Shown: positions 14,492 to 28,200 of the stretch, one piece after another
How the letters are laid out: every line of letters begins with the position of its first letter
Position numbering within the stretch: the stretch's first letter is position 1
Assembly (NCBI GenBank): GCA_039096225.1
Contig: JBBPEB010000004.1
Location: 1,054,001-1,118,000, forward strand
Direction of reading: 5' to 3'
DNA length: 64,000 nt
From: Blastocystis sp. Blastoise
Taxonomy: Eukaryota; Protista; Bigyra: Opalinata
The notes under the pieces: model-generated
Database searches by the model: none
The model's input: the letters and a program-made list of their open reading frames with translations, nothing else
Told to the model about the DNA's origin: nothing
Program-made: the position numbers and the translations under genes

Positions 14492-17400
14492 CAAGCGTTT
14501 CACGACTGGCTACGCCAGCCTACGCTTGAGTTTTGATAGTTGTCATCTCTTAATTGTTATATTTTATGTTGGTTTTTTTTTAAATATTATGTTTATTTTT
14601 ATGTTTTTGTTATTCATTTCTATTTTTTTATTTTTAGGATGAAGACTATTTCATATTTTATAAATTATTATTTCAATTGTTTTAGTTGTTATCTTCTATT
14701 GTTTAGTTATTAGTTTAGTATATTCTAAATAATTCAATTCATACTTTATTGATAATTCCTATTTAACATTTTATATTACATTTTTTTGAGTATTATTTCC
14801 TTTTTTATTTAGTATCATTTTAGCTATTTTTATTATTGATTATATATATTTATTGTTTATTAATAATAATTGATTAGCTCTTGTGTTTTATTTTTGATCT
14901 TATTCATATTTCTATTTCTATTTCTATTTCTATTTCTATTTCTATTTCTATTTCTATTTCTATTTCTATTTAGATTTCTATTTCTATTTAGATTTCTATT
15001 TCTATTTAGATTTCTATTTAGATTTCTATTTCTATTTCTATTTCTATTTCTATTTCTATTTCTATTTCTATTTCTATTTCTATTTCTATTTCTATTTCTA
15101 TTTCTATTTCTATTTCTATTTCTATTTCTATTTCTATTTCTATTTCTATTTCTATTTCTATTTCTATTTCTATTTCTATTTCTATTTCTATTTCTATTTC
15201 TATTTCTATTTCTATTTCTATTTCTATTTCTATTTCTATTTCTATTTCTATTTTTATTTTTATTTCTATTTCTATTTCTATTTCTATTTCTATTTCTATT
15301 TCTATTTCTATTTAGATTTCTATTTCTATTTCTATTTCTATTTCTATTTCTATTTCTATTTCTATTTAGATTTCTATTTAGATTTCTATTTCTATTTCTA
15401 TTTCTATTTCTATTTAGATTTCTATTTAGATTTAAATTTATATTTTAGTTTTCTATATTAATTCACTTTTCTTTGTTAATTTATTTATAACTGTTTTTGT
15501 AATTATAAATTCATTTAGTTTTATAAATATTTTATACTTTAAACAATATTATTATGATTATAAAATATTTTTTCTTTTAAAACTTATTATTATCAGTTAT
15601 TTCTTATCTTTAAGAATTTATTTTTTATTTTTAATTATTCTATATAATTATTATTATGAGAAAGAACTTACTCTTTTGTCTAAAAAATATTATTTATTCT
15701 TTTATAAATTTTCTCATATATTATTTTATTCCATTTTAAATTATTATCATTTTTATCTCTATTTGATTTTTTATATTCTATCATTTCTTTTTATATATAC
15801 TATTATATATATATATTTAATATTTTATTATACCCCTTTTCTTATTAATAAATGTTTAATTATATGTAATAGTTACTATATTTTAATACTATCAGATTCA
15901 AATGTTTATAATATTATTATTTTTTATTACTCCTATTTCAATTTGGATTTAAAAAAATATATATATATTTTTAATAATTAAAATATATATATTATTCTAT
16001 ATAATCGATAATAACTCATAGAGTTCTTTCTAAATATTTATCATATATAGAATTTCTTTTATAAAAGAAAAAAAGAATTATTTTTAAAAATTATCTATTC
16101 ATTTTTTATAATGTTTTCAAAATCATTTCATTAAATGAAACGAAAAACTAAATATAAACCAAAAATTACATTCTATATCATAAATAGATTTAGTACTTTA
16201 AAAACTGTAACTATCATACATAAAATATAGTTTATAAAACAAATGAGTTATTTTAAAAAAACTCTAAAAGACTTTAACGTTTTGAAATACACATATCCAC
16301 TTTTATTTTAACTAATTTTATGCTAATATACATATATATTTAATTTATTATTTTAATTTATAAAAAGTAACTTGAATTTCATTTGTTTAAAGTCACAATT
16401 ACAAAAAAAAATGAGTTCTTTTGAAAGATAAAAAACATTCTTTAAGCTATAATATTTTTGTATTTAGTGACAAAAAAACGTATTATACTGTTTTAGAAAC
16501 AATTAAAATCTTTTTACCCATTCTAACATTCCTATCAAACAGTCAACTACATTTAATTAAACTAATTTTTAATATTTTATATTCTATAATAAGTCTATTT
16601 ATTATTTTTATAAAAAGTGACTTGAATCTCTTGACTTAACTATTGTAATTCTAAAGAATCAAATTTTTAAACAACTTAAAATGTTTATTTATTGTAGATT
16701 TTAATATAAAATACTCCAAAAACACTCAATACTTTCTTATTCTAACCATTTTTTTAAAATAGACTCATTTTAACATTTTGGTCAAACACACAACCACCTT
16801 TATTTCAAACAATTCTTTTATTATTATAAACATTAAACACTCTAATACTCATTTTTACAAAAAGTGACTTGAATCTCTTCACTTAAGACAGTCAAACAGA
16901 CAATTCAAAATTATTTTACCCTTTAAACTCATTATAAAGTGATAATATTTATAGAATTGTCCTAATATATGGTTTAGGACATATTGAACTACTTTTTATA
17001 AAATTATGAGCCAACATGTTGCATATATATATTCACTCGTCAACTCCACTTTTGACCATTTTTTTGAGATATGCAATACATATAATGTCTAGTTTTCAAA
17101 TATGTAAAAATTAATTGTCAAATATGAATTTGATTTGTCAACTTTCAGAAAATTTTTAGAAAAACGATTTTTCAATTTTCAGTTTTTTAACATGTTATAC
17201 TATTGACTCTACTGAACTCATTTTTTTATTAATTTCAAATATTAAAAATAATATAATTAATATATCTTATTCTATGTATTTATTTGTTAAAATTATATAA
17301 AATAATAAAATATTGACTGAGAAATTAATGTTATAAAGTATACCCTTTTTTCAAAAAATAATTTTTTTATGTTTTTCATATATAATTTTTTATCTCAAAA

Positions 17401-18947
17401 GTTATTATATATTTTGATAAGATTTTTATCAATATATAAACTATAGGTTGTCTAGTTTATATATAAGTTTTATTTATTTTTTAAAAATTAATATTGATGG
17501 AGAAATTGTCAAAATAAACTATAGTATCAAAAATGTTTTCTTTTTTTAAACGATTTATTTCACTAATTAAAGACAATTAAAAACTTATTTATTTATTTTA
17601 AGCTTATTTATGACATATACAACTCATAAAGACTCATAACTAACTTTTTAAAACAAACATTGTCTGTATCAGTTCAACATGTTGTCTTAACTTTTTCAAA
17701 TAAGTGATATATAGTATCCATGAGTGGTTCTAAACACATATTAAAACGTTTTAAGAGTTTATTGAGTTAACATTGTCTGGTGATCTGTTGTTAAAGTCTT
17801 TTAAAAACAAAATAAAATTGTAAAATATGTTTATTTTGGTATGTAGTTTTTAAATATAAAGTAAAATGTCAAATAAAATTGTTAATGATGAAAATATAAA
17901 CAAAAAACAAATGAAAACTTTTTAAGAAAATTTTTTGAAAGTCATTTTTTATTGAGTTCAACTATTGACTCTTGTCACCTGAGTTTTCAATTAATTAAAA
18001 AAATGAAAAATATGTATCTGCTATGACATGTCTAGTTTCTAAATATGTTTTAACTTTTTTATTTTATTAAGAATTGATTGAGAAATCACAATAACAAACT
18101 ATACCCTTTTTTGAAAATTTTCATTTTTATGTTTTTCATATAAATGAATGTTTCTCAGTCAATATTCAATATTTAGATAAAATAAAAAATATGTATCTGC
18201 AATAGCTTATCTTAATTATAATTATACTTTTATTTTTAAAAAATACCCAAAACTCAAGGAGAAAGACGAATAACAAACTATACTATCAAAACATCAAAAT
18301 TTCTATTATCAAATATTTTCTTATGAAAACTTTTTAAACAACTAAAAGACATATTTCTGACATGTATTGATTCAAAATCACTTGAATAAACTCAAATAAG
18401 TTTATAAAGAAGGAATGTGTTGGATATCAGTTTGTCTTTTGTTGTTATTTAAAGGAATTATTGTTGTTTCAGAGTAGTTGAGGTCAGTATCATTGCATAT
18501 AAAATGGTTTTAGAGTTTATAGTTAGTGATGTGTGTATTGATATGTTGTCAACTTCTAAATATAAACAAATTTACCCGTCAAAACTATTTATTAGACTAA
18601 CCCGTCAATAAAAGTCAATTTTATAAAAATAAATATAAAGAATGTGAGTAGATATAGAAAAAATAAGAAAACAATAAAAAATAAAAAACGAAAAATAAGT
18701 GTTTTTATAAAAATGAAAAATATTGGATAAAATAGAAATAATCCAATAATTTTGGTTAAAATTTTGTGCGAAAATGGTTTTTTGCGTTTTTTAGCCAGAA
18801 ATTTAGAGTTTTCGAAAAATTTCTTTAACAGTCATTTTCAGAATTGTGTTCCGGTTTTTATGATGTTATTTTTATTTTATAAAAGTTAATAACAAAGTCA
18901 ATAAATGTGAAAGTGTGTGAGACACCGTACGCTACATGAACTAAATT
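14492..18947. mobile_element. Long non-coding repeat, copy 1 (4456 bp); probable non-autonomous mobile element with Helentron/HINE-like architecture
   Basis: Collinear with 25238..29272 from CAAGCGTTTCACG to ACATGAACTAAATT. Terminal hairpin, internal microsatellite and subrepeats. Flanked by ATAAATATATA on both sides (14481-14491, 18948-18958). Confidence 0.75.
14907..15432. repeat. (TTTCTA)n hexamer microsatellite with TTTAGA variant units
   Basis: Directly visible; it explains the FLFLFL ORF at 14870..15448. Confidence 0.97.
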
Positions 18948-19104
18948 ATAAATATATATGTATACCATTGTATCTTAATATATTAAATACTAATGAAAGA
19001 AGATAAGAATTAATAAGAATTAAATGAAATCCATCATTTTTAATATAAATTAATAAATAAAATTAAATAAATAAAATAATAATTATATATAGGAAAATGT
19101 ATTT

Positions 19105-22100
19105 TTAAGACCATAAAGATTTTAAGTATCGTGTAGTAAAAACAGTATTAGTTTGAATATCGCTTGAATTGTATGCTCTTCTATTTGAATTTTTAGAATG
19201 TATATCTTCCTATAATAATTTAATATAGAAAAATATATATAATTATTATATACTTGATTATATTCTTCATCCTCATCTTCACCCTTCTTTTTTATATGTA
19301 TATCTGAAATAATAATATTATCAGGAATAATCTTATTGATTATTAAGAATGGAGATCCATATTTAGATTCTATTGGAACAGAATCATTTGAATTATTTAT
19401 TATATAATATAATCTGCTAACTGATGGTTGTGAAACAGGGTATTCATGTTTTCTTATAAATACTATATCATTTATTTGAATATAATATAATGACTTTATT
19501 AGATGAATTGTATTCACATTTGATATATCTGTTACATTATATGCAATATAGGAGTTATCTATTGACTCTATTCCTTCGTCTTCCTCTGTACTTGTAAACA
19601 CTAATGATTCATTGATAAGAATTTCGGAATAATAAAAAATGGATAATAATTTCAAGTTTTCTTTTAGTTTATTATAAGATGAATTATGATCTAGTAAATC
19701 TATATTATTTGTGAGCAAATCCATATTAATATCTTTAAATAATAGTTGATTTATGGTAGTATCATTAAGTAAAATCAATTCTTTTATAAGATAATATATT
19801 TCTTGTTCATTAAGATCTTTCTCCTCTGACTCTCTTAAACCCTTTACAGAATGAATAAAGTTATTCTCAGCATATCTAATTGTTTTAAATTGTTTATGGG
19901 ATTGATATTCATTATCATGAATGATATTAGTTTCAACATTATTCTCTAAATCAGCTAACATAGGTGAAGAAATATTTCCATTATTTATATTAGAAAAATC
20001 ATTAATAAAACAAGCTTCTTCTTGTATAAGTTTTTTTATACTTGATTCATTAAAACATCTTCTTCCAAATGTTATCCGTTTTATTTTGGAGTAAAAACGT
20101 TCTGATTCATATGTACAGCCATATGAATATGACCCTACTGATTGTATAGAATCTGCTAAATGAAGAAGTAGATGTATTTGTGAATTGATAATCTCTCGAG
20201 GCAATAAAACTTCACATAAGAAATTAAAAAGATAACATTGTTTTCGTAGTATTTCTATATTGTTATTAAACATAAATAATTTATCATATTCAACTTCTCT
20301 AATTATTGTAGCTAAAGGATCGATAAGGAGAATAATTGAAGAATCTTCTATATTGAAATCATGAGTAATAAGAGGTAATATAACTGAAAAGAAGAATATT
20401 CTTGTATGCGAAGAAACACATGATATTTTCTTTTTATTCATGATTAATCTAAACTCATATTCATATTTGTTATATAAAGTATTAAGATTGATTATTCTTG
20501 TATTCAAAATATTCATGTTTTCTTTAGACAAACAATATTTATTAACTACTTCAACTCCTTCAGTATTACTATCTTTTGAAACTAGTGAAGAGTAATGCTC
20601 AGAGTTAAAACCAAATAATAAGGATAGAAATAGAGTTACAATATTATTAAACAGGTGCATTGTATCAATGCTGAAACTAGCTGAAATATCAAATAAGGGA
20701 ATACTTTCAAATGGGCAACATTTCTTTTTGACACCCATATATGATTCGTTCTCTTCACATAGACTTCTTTGAGTTCTTATAGTATCCATTGTCCTTTGAT
20801 TATATTGCTTCATTTCAAACGCATCATTATATATATATTCCAGTGGTATTGATTTAATTATTCTTGGTAGAAGACAAGATGTATCTTCTATATAATATGT
20901 ATATATAGTAACATTTACTATTATATAAAAATGTATAAAAATGAAAAAAAAATAGATATAAATATAGAAGAAACTAATACTAGAAATATATATAAAAATG
21001 TTTTTATTATGGATCATGAATATTAATGAAATATGAATATAAATAATTATAATATCAATAATGGTATACTATACTAACTATTTACAATATAGAGGCGATA
21101 TAAAAAAAAATTATATGAATAGTAATAACTATAAGATATTGAACTACATATGATATTAATACAGATACTAAGGATAATAGTAGTACTAATAACAATATCA
21201 GTATAAAGAAGAATAAAGAATGATATATATACTATTATGGATAATCAATGGAATATTGAAATAATGATAAAAATAATATAATATAAACATAATAATATAT
21301 GTTTATAAAAAGTATACTAATATAATTAGAATATATATATATATATATATACCTGGATTCTTGATAATTATTGGAAATCTTATTTCATTAATTTGATTAT
21401 TATCATTACTTTTGTCAATAAGATTAGATACACTTCCAAATGAGCATTTAATTCCTTCATGAAAATGTTCGTCTGTTCTTCCTATTTCTAATTCGCAACA
21501 TCTACATGGGAAAATAGAAGATGGTCCACTGAAACAACCGATTGCCGTCATAGCGGCATAGTCTCCATATACATTTAATAATATGCCAACAACCTTTCTT
21601 TTTTGTATAGTGTTGTTTATCATTATATCCATTTCTATCCCCTTTGAAAGTTGTTTAAACTCTTCAACTATTATTGACATTATAGGCCAACTATGATACT
21701 CTGAAGTAATTGCATAAGTCCAAAAAGATCTCTTATCATAATTTCTTTTAATATTATAGTTTAATAGCTTTATTAATAGAGGAAAGGAGGATCTATTATA
21801 ATCTGAAGAAGAATGCGAAAATACTGATATCCCATCACAAGTAAAACTAAAGGCTAAGAGAATATCGCCATTTTCTAGTAATCTTTCAATATACTTCTTA
21901 TATGTAATACTTCTTAAAAAAAGAGGAATATCATCTGGAATACTATTTTGATCTGAATTAATTATTGATAATATATCTTCTTTTTTATAAAAAGAAATAT
22001 CTTGGATCATTGTTTTTGATTTTAGCATTTGTCTTATCCTTGGTATTATAGGTACAATTGTTATTCTTCTACCTAAATAAACAATAATGCATATCTTATA

Positions 22101-22569
22101 TATTAAAAATATAATATTATTGTCATACTTGATTTCACCTCACAAATACTATTTGAACAAGTCCTTTTTTCTATCTCTATTGATTCTTTACCTTTATTAT
22201 ATCCAAGAATAGTATTACAACAATCTGATACATATATGTTAAGAGTAGAAACTTTATTAGGTACTAATCTTATTAATTTTTGTACTACCTGTTGACCATA
22301 AAGAGGAATATCAAATTTATTTATTGATGGATTTATTATTTCAATTATATCATTTACAAATTTATATATATTCTTAATTTTTTCCATACTAATTCTTAAT
22401 GAAATCCAAAATTCAAATATAATCTTCTCTATCTTCTCATTTACTCCATTAGAACCATGATTCTCATTTGATATCTATATATATGTATCTATATATATGT
22501 ATCTATATATATATATCTATATATATATATATGTATCTATATATATATATCTATATATATATATATGTA

Positions 22570-22618
<49 letters not shown>

Positions 22619-22848
22619 TATAATAAAAATACGTTATCTTTCAAAATCATATTAATGATTTTTGAGATTAAAGGATCATTTCCAGTTATATTAGATCCTT
22701 CATTTGAAACTATAGGTTCTATTACATCATCGTGTGATATGTCCACTGAATTATCATTGACTTCTATATTTCTTTCTTCATGATGTTTTGTTTCTTTATT
22801 TTTTCTTTTATTCGGGAAGCCATTATTTGAATATAATCGGTGTGTCAT
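19105..22848 (-). CDS. CMC superfamily (CACTA/EnSpm-Mirage-Chapaev)-like DDE transposase, about 1006 aa, 5 exons
   Basis: Exons 22848-22633, 22474-22129, 22072-21353, 20887-19254 and 19209-19105 join through phase-compatible GT-AG introns (3021 nt, no stops). Motifs: FTCDG (first D), GDYAA (second D), FPCRCC, IDTMH (DxxH), HLLLHL, YESERF (E). Start codon and last exon are less certain. Confidence 0.85.
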
Positions 22849-24243
22849 TCTATATATATCTTGTAAAATACAGATTGGAATAGGTGTATTTATTCTTAAT
22901 AATATTATTGAAAGTGAATAGAAATAATTAATATGATATATGATTTTGTACATAATCAATTTTACAACAGAAAAATTATTTTATTAGATACCTTTGTAAT
23001 TTCAAATAGCACCTGGAAATACAATAAATTCTTCACTTTATGTTGTTATTTCAATATAATATGAAATTACTTCAAGTTTTAAATGAAAACATCAGATTCA
23101 TGGAAAATGTATATATTCTTGTAAAAAAATATGGATAACCATGAATAGAAAAATAATTGAAGATTCTTTCTATTTTGTAAATACTATTTAATATTATGGT
23201 TTGCTATTTAAAAATAGAGATCACATCTATTTATGTATAATATATTTGAAATATGTTGCAATTGGAGACAAAATTGGAGTGCCCAGTTGAATTCAATTTT
23301 ATTAAAATTATGTGAATGCCAATCTTAATAAAGTCAACTGTATTATTGTCAATTATTACTTTTATTAACATGTTAATTAATACATATTTAGGTATTTCAT
23401 ATAGTTATGCATTTTTGATAGAAATATTTTAATATTTTGAATGATTTAAATAGAATTACTTTATTGCTTTTAATAGGAAGAATAAGTACAAATGATTATG
23501 ATTTGTTTATTTACTTAATCGATTATTAATAATTGCTAAAGTGAAGATATTATTTCTTTGTTTATCTATATAAACTATATGAGATATTAAAGTACTCTTT
23601 TCTATATAAGTAGTTTCTTCTATAAGAATAATCCTGACCTATTTTCTATATAATCGGCACTCTTCTTTTCTTTATATATTCTCCTATCATTTCATTTATT
23701 CGAAATACTTTTAGAAATAGATAGAAACTTCTAATTAATGGTTTTAGATTATATTAACTAGTCTTATTTATATTTAGCAGATACAATAATTATTCTAAGA
23801 GTGTATATATATATACATATATAATGAATATATTATATAAATTATTTATTATATATATAGATTAACAATACTTGATGCAAACTTTATATTATATTTTAAA
23901 TATTCTTTTGTTTTACTAAATTGATCAATATATTTACATTATAATCTTCTTAAATATATATATATATAATATAAGATATTCTAGTTCATTCTGGTTTTTG
24001 TTTTTAGTTGATTGTTAGCTAAAGAAAAACAGATTTCTTAAAAATTGTATCAATCACTAAATTTGATATATAAATACGTTTTCTTAACATAACTAACTGA
24101 TAACATTTTTATGATTAAAATTATTGTATTTGATTTTTTTATTTATATGTAAACACAAAGAAATATTTTTTACTTTTTATAGAATTTACAGAGAATAAAT
24201 AAAAGAAAACCATAAAATCATATATTTTTTATTTCATTTAAAA

Positions 24244-25152
24244 ATGCCTAGAAAGTATTATAAATATTATTTTGTTATAATAAATAGAAAAATTGAGGTT
24301 GAATTGTTATCTACAGATGAAATCATTAGAATAAAAAAATTCAAAGTAGAATTTCTGAATCAATTTCGTGAATTCTATTTGTCACTTCTTAATACAACAC
24401 AAAGTAGTATATATATATATTTTTCATAATTAATAATAATTATAGAACAATATAAGAAACTGGACTATGATATGGAAATTTTTTTTCGACGAGAGGCTCT
24501 AAAAAAAGGTATTAAAGTAACATCAATTATGTCATCAACAAAGGTCGTAAAAGTAATTATAATAATTTATACCATTATGATACACTTTTAATATTATAGT
24601 CACGTTTAAGGTTTATTCCATACGTTTTAAATAATGAAGAATTAATACAAGCAAGAATTATCTTTAAGAAAGAAAATGACTGTTTAGTAGTCGATGAAGA
24701 AAGTCAATTGTTCATATTAATTTTTCAAATAATTAAAGAATATCTATCAGTATTTAGTGAAACCAGTAAATTAAATGATTATACAATTAAAAGAATAATA
24801 AAAAAGGCATTTTATGATAAGAAAAATAATGGTAATTTTGTTTCATTTTTTGGATTTTTCTTAGAAGATAAAGATCATCAAATAATAGAAGATATATCAA
24901 AGATTAAAGAATCATTCATGGTAAATATTATATATATATCTATTTTATTATCTATATATATATATATTATTAATATAAATACATATATATTATATGATTC
25001 CCCGTGAAATTTACTTATATTTATAGATTTCTAATTGGATAAGGAATGACGAAGCCTTTAATAATAAGTCATATAAGTATAAAACCAACCACGTCATAAT
25101 ATCTCAACTGACGAGCTGTTATGACAGAGTCAAAAATAATATCCGTCACTAA
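24244..25152 (+). CDS. Spliced hypothetical protein, about 227 aa, divergent from the transposase; possible DUF4806/BEN-like accessory protein
   Basis: Exons 24244-24254, 24288-24406, 24446-24552, 24600-24920 and 25027-25152 join in frame via GT-AG introns (684 nt). The first 33-nt intron is in frame and optional. The domain guess rests on IKRIIKKAF...SFFG...LTSCYDR. Confidence 0.65.
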
Positions 25153-25237
25153 TTGTAAGTAATATGATTTGACAATAAAGGTTGTATTTAAAGACATACC
25201 TTTTTATTTATTCTAGAATATATTTTATTTATTCTTA

Positions 25238-28200
25238 CAAGCGTTTCACGACTGGCTACGCCAGCCTACGCTTGAGTTTAGATAATTATTATCTCTCAAT
25301 TGTTATATATTACATTGAATTTTAAAAAATGAATATTTATTCTTATGTTTTTGTTATTCATTTCTGTTTTTATTTTTTTTTTTTAGGATTAAAACTATTT
25401 CATATTTTATAAATTATTATTTCAATTGCTTTTAATTGCTATCTTCTAATGCTTAATTTTCAATTTAGTGTTTTATAAATAATTTAATTCATACATATTG
25501 ATAATTCTTACTTAGCATTCTATATGTTTTTGAGTATTATTTCCTTTTTTATTTAATATTCTTTTTAGCCATTTTTATTATTGATTATATATATTTATTG
25601 TTTATCAATGATAATTAATTAACTCTTGTGTTTTATTTTTGATCTTATTTCTATTTCTATTTCTATTTCTATTTCTATTTCTATTTCTATTTCTATTTCT
25701 ATTTCTATTTCTATTTCTATTTCTATTTCTATTTCTATTTCTATTTCTATTTAGTTTTTAGTTTTCAATATTAATTCACTTTTCTTTGTTATTTCATTTA
25801 TAACTTTCTATGTATTTTATCAATTCATTTAGTTTTATAAATATTTAGTATTTTAAATAATATCAATATGATTATAAAATACTTTTTCTTTTAAAACATA
25901 TTATTATCACTTATACCCTACCTTTAATTATTTATGTTTTATTTGAATTAGTCTATATAATTATTATTGTGAGAAATAGCTTATTCTCTTGTCTAAAAAA
26001 AACATTATATATTCTTTTCATATATTGTTTTGTTTTATTTTTAAAATATTATAATTTTGATATCTATTTGTTTTTTTATATTTTATCCTTTCCTTTTATA
26101 TATACTATTATATAAATATTTTAGAAATTTTATTATACAGCTTTTCTCAATTAATAAATGTTTAATTATATAAATAGTAATCATATCTTGATATTATTTG
26201 ATAAATATTATAATTTTTCTTTTATTATACTTATTTTAGTTTGAATTATTAATACAAAAGTACTCTTAATAATTAAAAGATATTTATTACTTTATATACT
26301 AAACAAAAAAATTAGAGTCTTATTTTAATATTTATCATTAATAGAATCTATTCGTTTTAAGTAAAAGAGAATATTTATAGAGAAATTATCTTTTCATTAT
26401 TTAAAATTAATTAATTCAAATTTAATTCAATTTTTATAGTGTTATCAAAATCATTCTAGAAATAAAAAATAAAAACTAAAATATAAAACAAAAATTACAT
26501 TCTATATCAGAAATAGATTTAATACTTAAAATACTTTACCTATTGTACATGAAATATAGTTTATACAACAAATGAGTTATTTTTAAAAAACTCTAAAAGA
26601 CTGTAACGTTTTTAAATACATATACTCACTTTTATTTTAACTAATTTTATATTCATATACATATATATTTGATTTATTATTTTAATTTGTAAAAAATAAC
26701 TTGAATCTCTTTTGTTTAAAGTCACAATTACAAAAAATGAGTTCTTTTGAAAGACAAAAAAAATTCTTTAAACAATAATAATTTTGTATTTAGTGACATA
26801 AAAACGTATTATACGGTTTTAGAAACAATTCAAATCATTTTACCCATTCTAACATTCCTATCAAACAGTCAACCATACTTAATTAAATCAATTTTTAATA
26901 TTTTATATTCTATTATGACTCTATTTATTATTTTAATAAAATGTGACTTGAATCTCTTGACTTAACTATTGTAATTCTAAAAAAATAATTTTTTGAACAA
27001 CTTAAAATATTTATTTATTGAAGATTTTAATATAAAACAATTTAAAAACACTCTATACATACTTATTACAACCATTTTAAAAAATAGACTCATTTTAACA
27101 TTTTGGTCAAACACACAACCACCTTTATTTCAAACAATTCTTTTATTATTATAAACATTAAACACTCTAATACTCATTTTTATAAAAAGTATATTGAATC
27201 TCCTCACTTAAGACAGTCAAACAGACAATTCAAAATCATTTTACCCTTTAAATTCATTATAAAGTGATAATATTTTCAGAATTGTCCTAATATGTGGTTT
27301 AGGACACATTAAACTACTTTTTATAAAATTATGAGTCAACATGTGCATATACTCATACACTCGTCTAACTTATTTTTGATCATTTTTTTGAGAAATGCAA
27401 TACATATAAGGTGTAGTTTTCAAATATATAAAAATTAATTGTCAAATATGAATTTGATTTGTCAACTTTCAGAAAATTTTGAGAAAAATGATTTTTCAAT
27501 TTTCAGTTTTTTAACATGTTATACTATTGACTCTACTGAACTCATTTCTTAATTAATTTTAAATGTTAAAATTTATATCGTTAATATATTTTATTCTATG
27601 TATTTATTTGTTAAAATTATATAAAATAATAAAATATTGACTGAGAAATTAAAATGATAAACTATACCCTTTTTTGAAAAATAATAATTTTTATGTTTTT
27701 CATATATAATTTTTTTTCTCAAAAGTTATTTTATATTTTGATAATATTTTTATAAATATATAAACTATAGGTAATCTAGTTTATAAATAAGTTTTATTTA
27801 TTTTTTAAAAATTAATATTGATGGAAAAATTATAAAAATAAACTCTAGTATCAAAAATGCTTTCTTCTTTTTAAACGATTTATTTCACTAATTAAAGACA
27901 ATTAAAAATTTATTTATTTATTTAAAGCTTATTTATGACATATACAACTCATAAAGACTCATAACTAACTTTTTAAAACAAACATTGTCTGTATCAGTTC
28001 AACATCTTGTCTTAACTTTTTCAAATAAGTCACGTACAGTGTCTATGAGTGGTTCTAAACACATATTAAAACGTTTTAAGAGTTTATTGAGTTAACATTG
28101 TCTGGTGATCTGTTGTCAAAGTCTTTTAAAAACAAAATAAAATTGTAAAATATGTTTATTTTGATATGTAGTTTTTGAATATAGTGTCAAATGTCAAATA

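Noticed and set aside
14907-15432. Telomeric repeat or CRISPR array
   Set aside because: The unit lacks G-runs, is internal to a dispersed repeat and has no unique spacers; the sequence is eukaryotic.
14870-15448. FL-repeat ORF of 192 aa
   Set aside because: Translation of (TTTCTA)n; not preserved in copy 2.
16421-16639. 72-aa ORF also present at 26747..26965
   Set aside because: TTG start, no motif, lies in the 248-bp subrepeat; conservation is explained by the DNA duplication.
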